Source of the DNA: a bacterium
GTDB lineage: Bacteria; SZUA-182; DTGQ01
Assembly (NCBI GenBank): GCA_040752695.1
Contig: JBFMGO010000024.1
Coordinates: forward strand, 18,876-57,046
Reading direction: 5' to 3'
DNA length: 38,171 nt
The position numbers were made by a program, and so were the translations under genes. Each line of letters starts with the position of its first letter. Position 1 is the stretch's first letter. Below are positions 37,301-38,171 of this stretch, one piece after another. Under the pieces are notes generated by a model that had not been told where the DNA came from, ran no database searches, and worked only from the letters and a program-made list of their open reading frames with translations.

Positions 37301-37568
37301 ACACGCCTTTGTTAAATGCGAAGGAACGATTATCAGCCCGGAGAACCTGCCTATAGAGCTCCATCAGCCGAAAAACAAGGAGTATACCAAAAAACTTCCC
37401 GGCCGGAAGGATTTAAGCCTGAATGATTTGAAAAGGGACATTTTGCTCAAGGTTTTGAAGGATACGAATGGGAATGCGGATGAAAGTGCAAAAATGTTAA
37501 AAATCAGCAGGGCCACTTTCTATCGCTGGCTGAAAAAGTATAACATCAGCCGGGATTCCGTATCATGA
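34329..37568 (+). CDS. Membrane-anchored sigma-54-dependent transcriptional activator (N-terminal helical domain, TM-Cache-TM, 2 PAS, AAA+, Fis-type HTH)
   Basis: GESGTGKE, ESELFGHVKGAFTGA, FLDEVG, FREDLYYRLNV, WPGNVRELEN and ISRATFYRWLKKY. Two TMs flank a Cache-like region (YGLLINQDGTILYH, WSVVVAAP); the PAS domains end KDIT and RDIT. Confidence 0.9.
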   Translation: MNLYDLSENYAASGKITSSGIYMLRSALKKLYEAYGLEPGGEIAEDSFSRLLDRLENHLKSQGKTSKVIRENKYWIRRLIKFSAKVDFLRLQGDQMIELPKTLSKSPPSAETLPEEDTEEGDESVANTAPQKQGKEIYLPDKDPESIKIFRTPWLIKLVLILIGIVVIGMVFIADLIHRQFESYVFEQFQQHQLVIARSVVYGIREFMVELEKEINFLAQSRNIQLMDPRCQSELNKVYQINKIYIRSIKIIDSLGIVRYGIADGGEEVTRDIPTSLESALRRTDQVHTDLVSSSKGLILRISIPIVIGCPMIKDLPEAANGQGNASVIVVEIDLFKTAETFLQHVSSGEHRYGLLINQDGTILYHTDHKYIGTQFLEDSENSPNSSLSMYRDKILESIQQNKEGFSEERFIKDLGQLGDAHPRLFAYSPLQIHEQLWSVVVAAPYDEIHPINRVHRNIAMLMVGLFCLVTLGSFIIFKVNKKRIQGEEEIKYLEKKLVMEDQIRKSEELLRAILESIGSDRISIMDKDLNIIWANPVAFERYGDIIAKKCYRVYKGADTPCNSCPVQKTFEDGKIYSSEEFAIADKDCTGIFYLTSTSPIRDRGGNIVSVVETSKDITAQIRLQEEIKSNRDLLDAILNNMNDGIRVIDTKFNILFMNQNLVDLFGNQIHKKCYRAFMGGDSPCNPCSLDKIFKDNHQSVNFIKEDKQKRLIEISASVLSIEEGSRSIIEVVRDITERRRLEEQLIESEQRRIKELKERYRFGNIIGKNPKMQEIYELIQVVAQNMTTVLLLGESGTGKELIARAIHYNSPQHDKPFVEVCCSVLSENLLESELFGHVKGAFTGAIRDKIGRFEMADGGSIFLDEVGDISPSIQVKLLRVIQEREFVPVGGEKVKKVNVRIITATNKDMKKAVEDKEFREDLYYRLNVVTIHIPPLRERMEDLPMLVNHFIEKFREKTEKPIQSINSHAMDLLFAYSWPGNVRELENAIEHAFVKCEGTIISPENLPIELHQPKNKEYTKKLPGRKDLSLNDLKRDILLKVLKDTNGNADESAKMLKISRATFYRWLKKYNISRDSVS

Positions 37569-37657
37569 TTGAGACTATATTCCATAGCGCTACAAAACCA
37601 GTTAAGTTACGAAAATATCAAGCCTTTCATTCCTAATCAATAATGAGATTGAGATAA

Positions 37658-37685
37658 ATGTAGCACAATGACACGCTTGCTACAT
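37658..37685. promoter_or_regulatory. Inverted repeat, candidate upstream activator site
   Basis: ATGTAGCA-N12-TGCTACAT perfect 8-bp dyad ~110-135 bp upstream of the -24 box. Confidence 0.45.
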
Positions 37686-37793
37686 CCATAGTTCATGCAA
37701 AACCTATCCATAAATAATGATAAATCAATTCAGATGCCTGGAAATAGTCTGTCTTTTTGTGGATCTGATCGTAATCACTATGATTTTAAGAGT

Positions 37794-37809
37794 TGGCATT
37801 GGAAATGCA
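37794..37809 (+). promoter_or_regulatory. Sigma-54 (-24/-12) promoter
   Basis: TGGCATTGGAAATGCA, with GG and GC exactly 10 nt apart (consensus TGGCACGNNNNTTGCW), directly downstream of a sigma-54 activator gene. Confidence 0.7.
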
Positions 37810-37901
37810 TTTATAAATGGCCATAAAGAGACAATGAAAGCAAAATAAAATGAAGCTAATATTGAGGCTAAGAAACAAAACGAAAATGAAATAAGAAAAT
37901 T

Positions 37902-38171
37902 AGAAATTGGCCATACACATAGGGGATACTCTCTAAGATTGTATGCCTGGGGCTATCAGTGCGATGCTGGGGAGCAGCTGATAGCCCTTATTTCGAATAT
38001 ATCCTCAAAGAGATTGAGGCTTAAGAATAAAGAGAAAAAGAGCGAGAAATTGGCCATACACATAGGGGATACTCTCTAAGATTGTATGCCTGGGGCTATC
38101 AGTGCGATGCTGGGGAGCAGCTGATAGCCCTTATTTCGAATATATCCTCAAAGAGATTGAGGCTTAAGAAT
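37902..38171 (+). repeat. Tandem direct repeat: two identical 127-bp copies (37902-38028 and 38045-38171), period 143 bp, each with three hairpins
   Basis: AGAAATTGGCCATACACATAGGGG...GATTGAGGCTTAAGAAT occurs twice, separated by 16 purine-rich nt; the second copy ends at the window edge. Confidence 0.95.

Noticed and set aside
37943..37981. Small ORF MPGAISAMLGSS in each repeat unit
   Set aside because: Only 12 codons with no well-spaced RBS; it coincides with the hairpin, so RNA structure explains the sequence better.
37902..38171. CRISPR array
   Set aside because: The repeat is 127 bp with a 16-bp linker, the reverse of CRISPR proportions, and there are no cas genes in the window.

Overview
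Bacterial chromosomal window; gene content suggests an anaerobic diderm, deltaproteobacteria-like (inference only). Left to right it holds: a 5'-truncated M4 (thermolysin-type) peptidase with a C-terminal GGCFI tail; a minus-strand MacAB-like efflux operon; a divergent DapF-family epimerase; and a ~14 kb Mrp/Mnh-type cation/H+ antiporter locus. That locus runs E, F, G, two small MbhD/MbhE-like subunits, B, C, then FOUR MrpD/NuoL-like subunits, and is interrupted by a His-rich membrane protein, a REC-GGDEF protein and a hybrid histidine kinase. Next come an orphan substrate-binding protein, an 887-aa coiled-coil protein, a Zn-finger polysaccharide deacetylase, rseC, a PPi-type phosphofructokinase, a porin, an STN/TPR protein, a degenerate REC-GGDEF protein and a membrane-anchored sigma-54 activator with an integrase-like N-terminus. 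The window ends with a sigma-54 promoter followed by a tandem 143-bp-period, multi-hairpin non-coding repeat cut by the window edge. The best candidates for undescribed biology are (i) the expanded Mrp-like complex with embedded cyclic-dinucleotide signalling, His/Glu repeats and a repeat-extended lateral helix, and (ii) the sigma-54-driven structured repeat RNA array. All assignments come from motif reading by eye; no searches were run.
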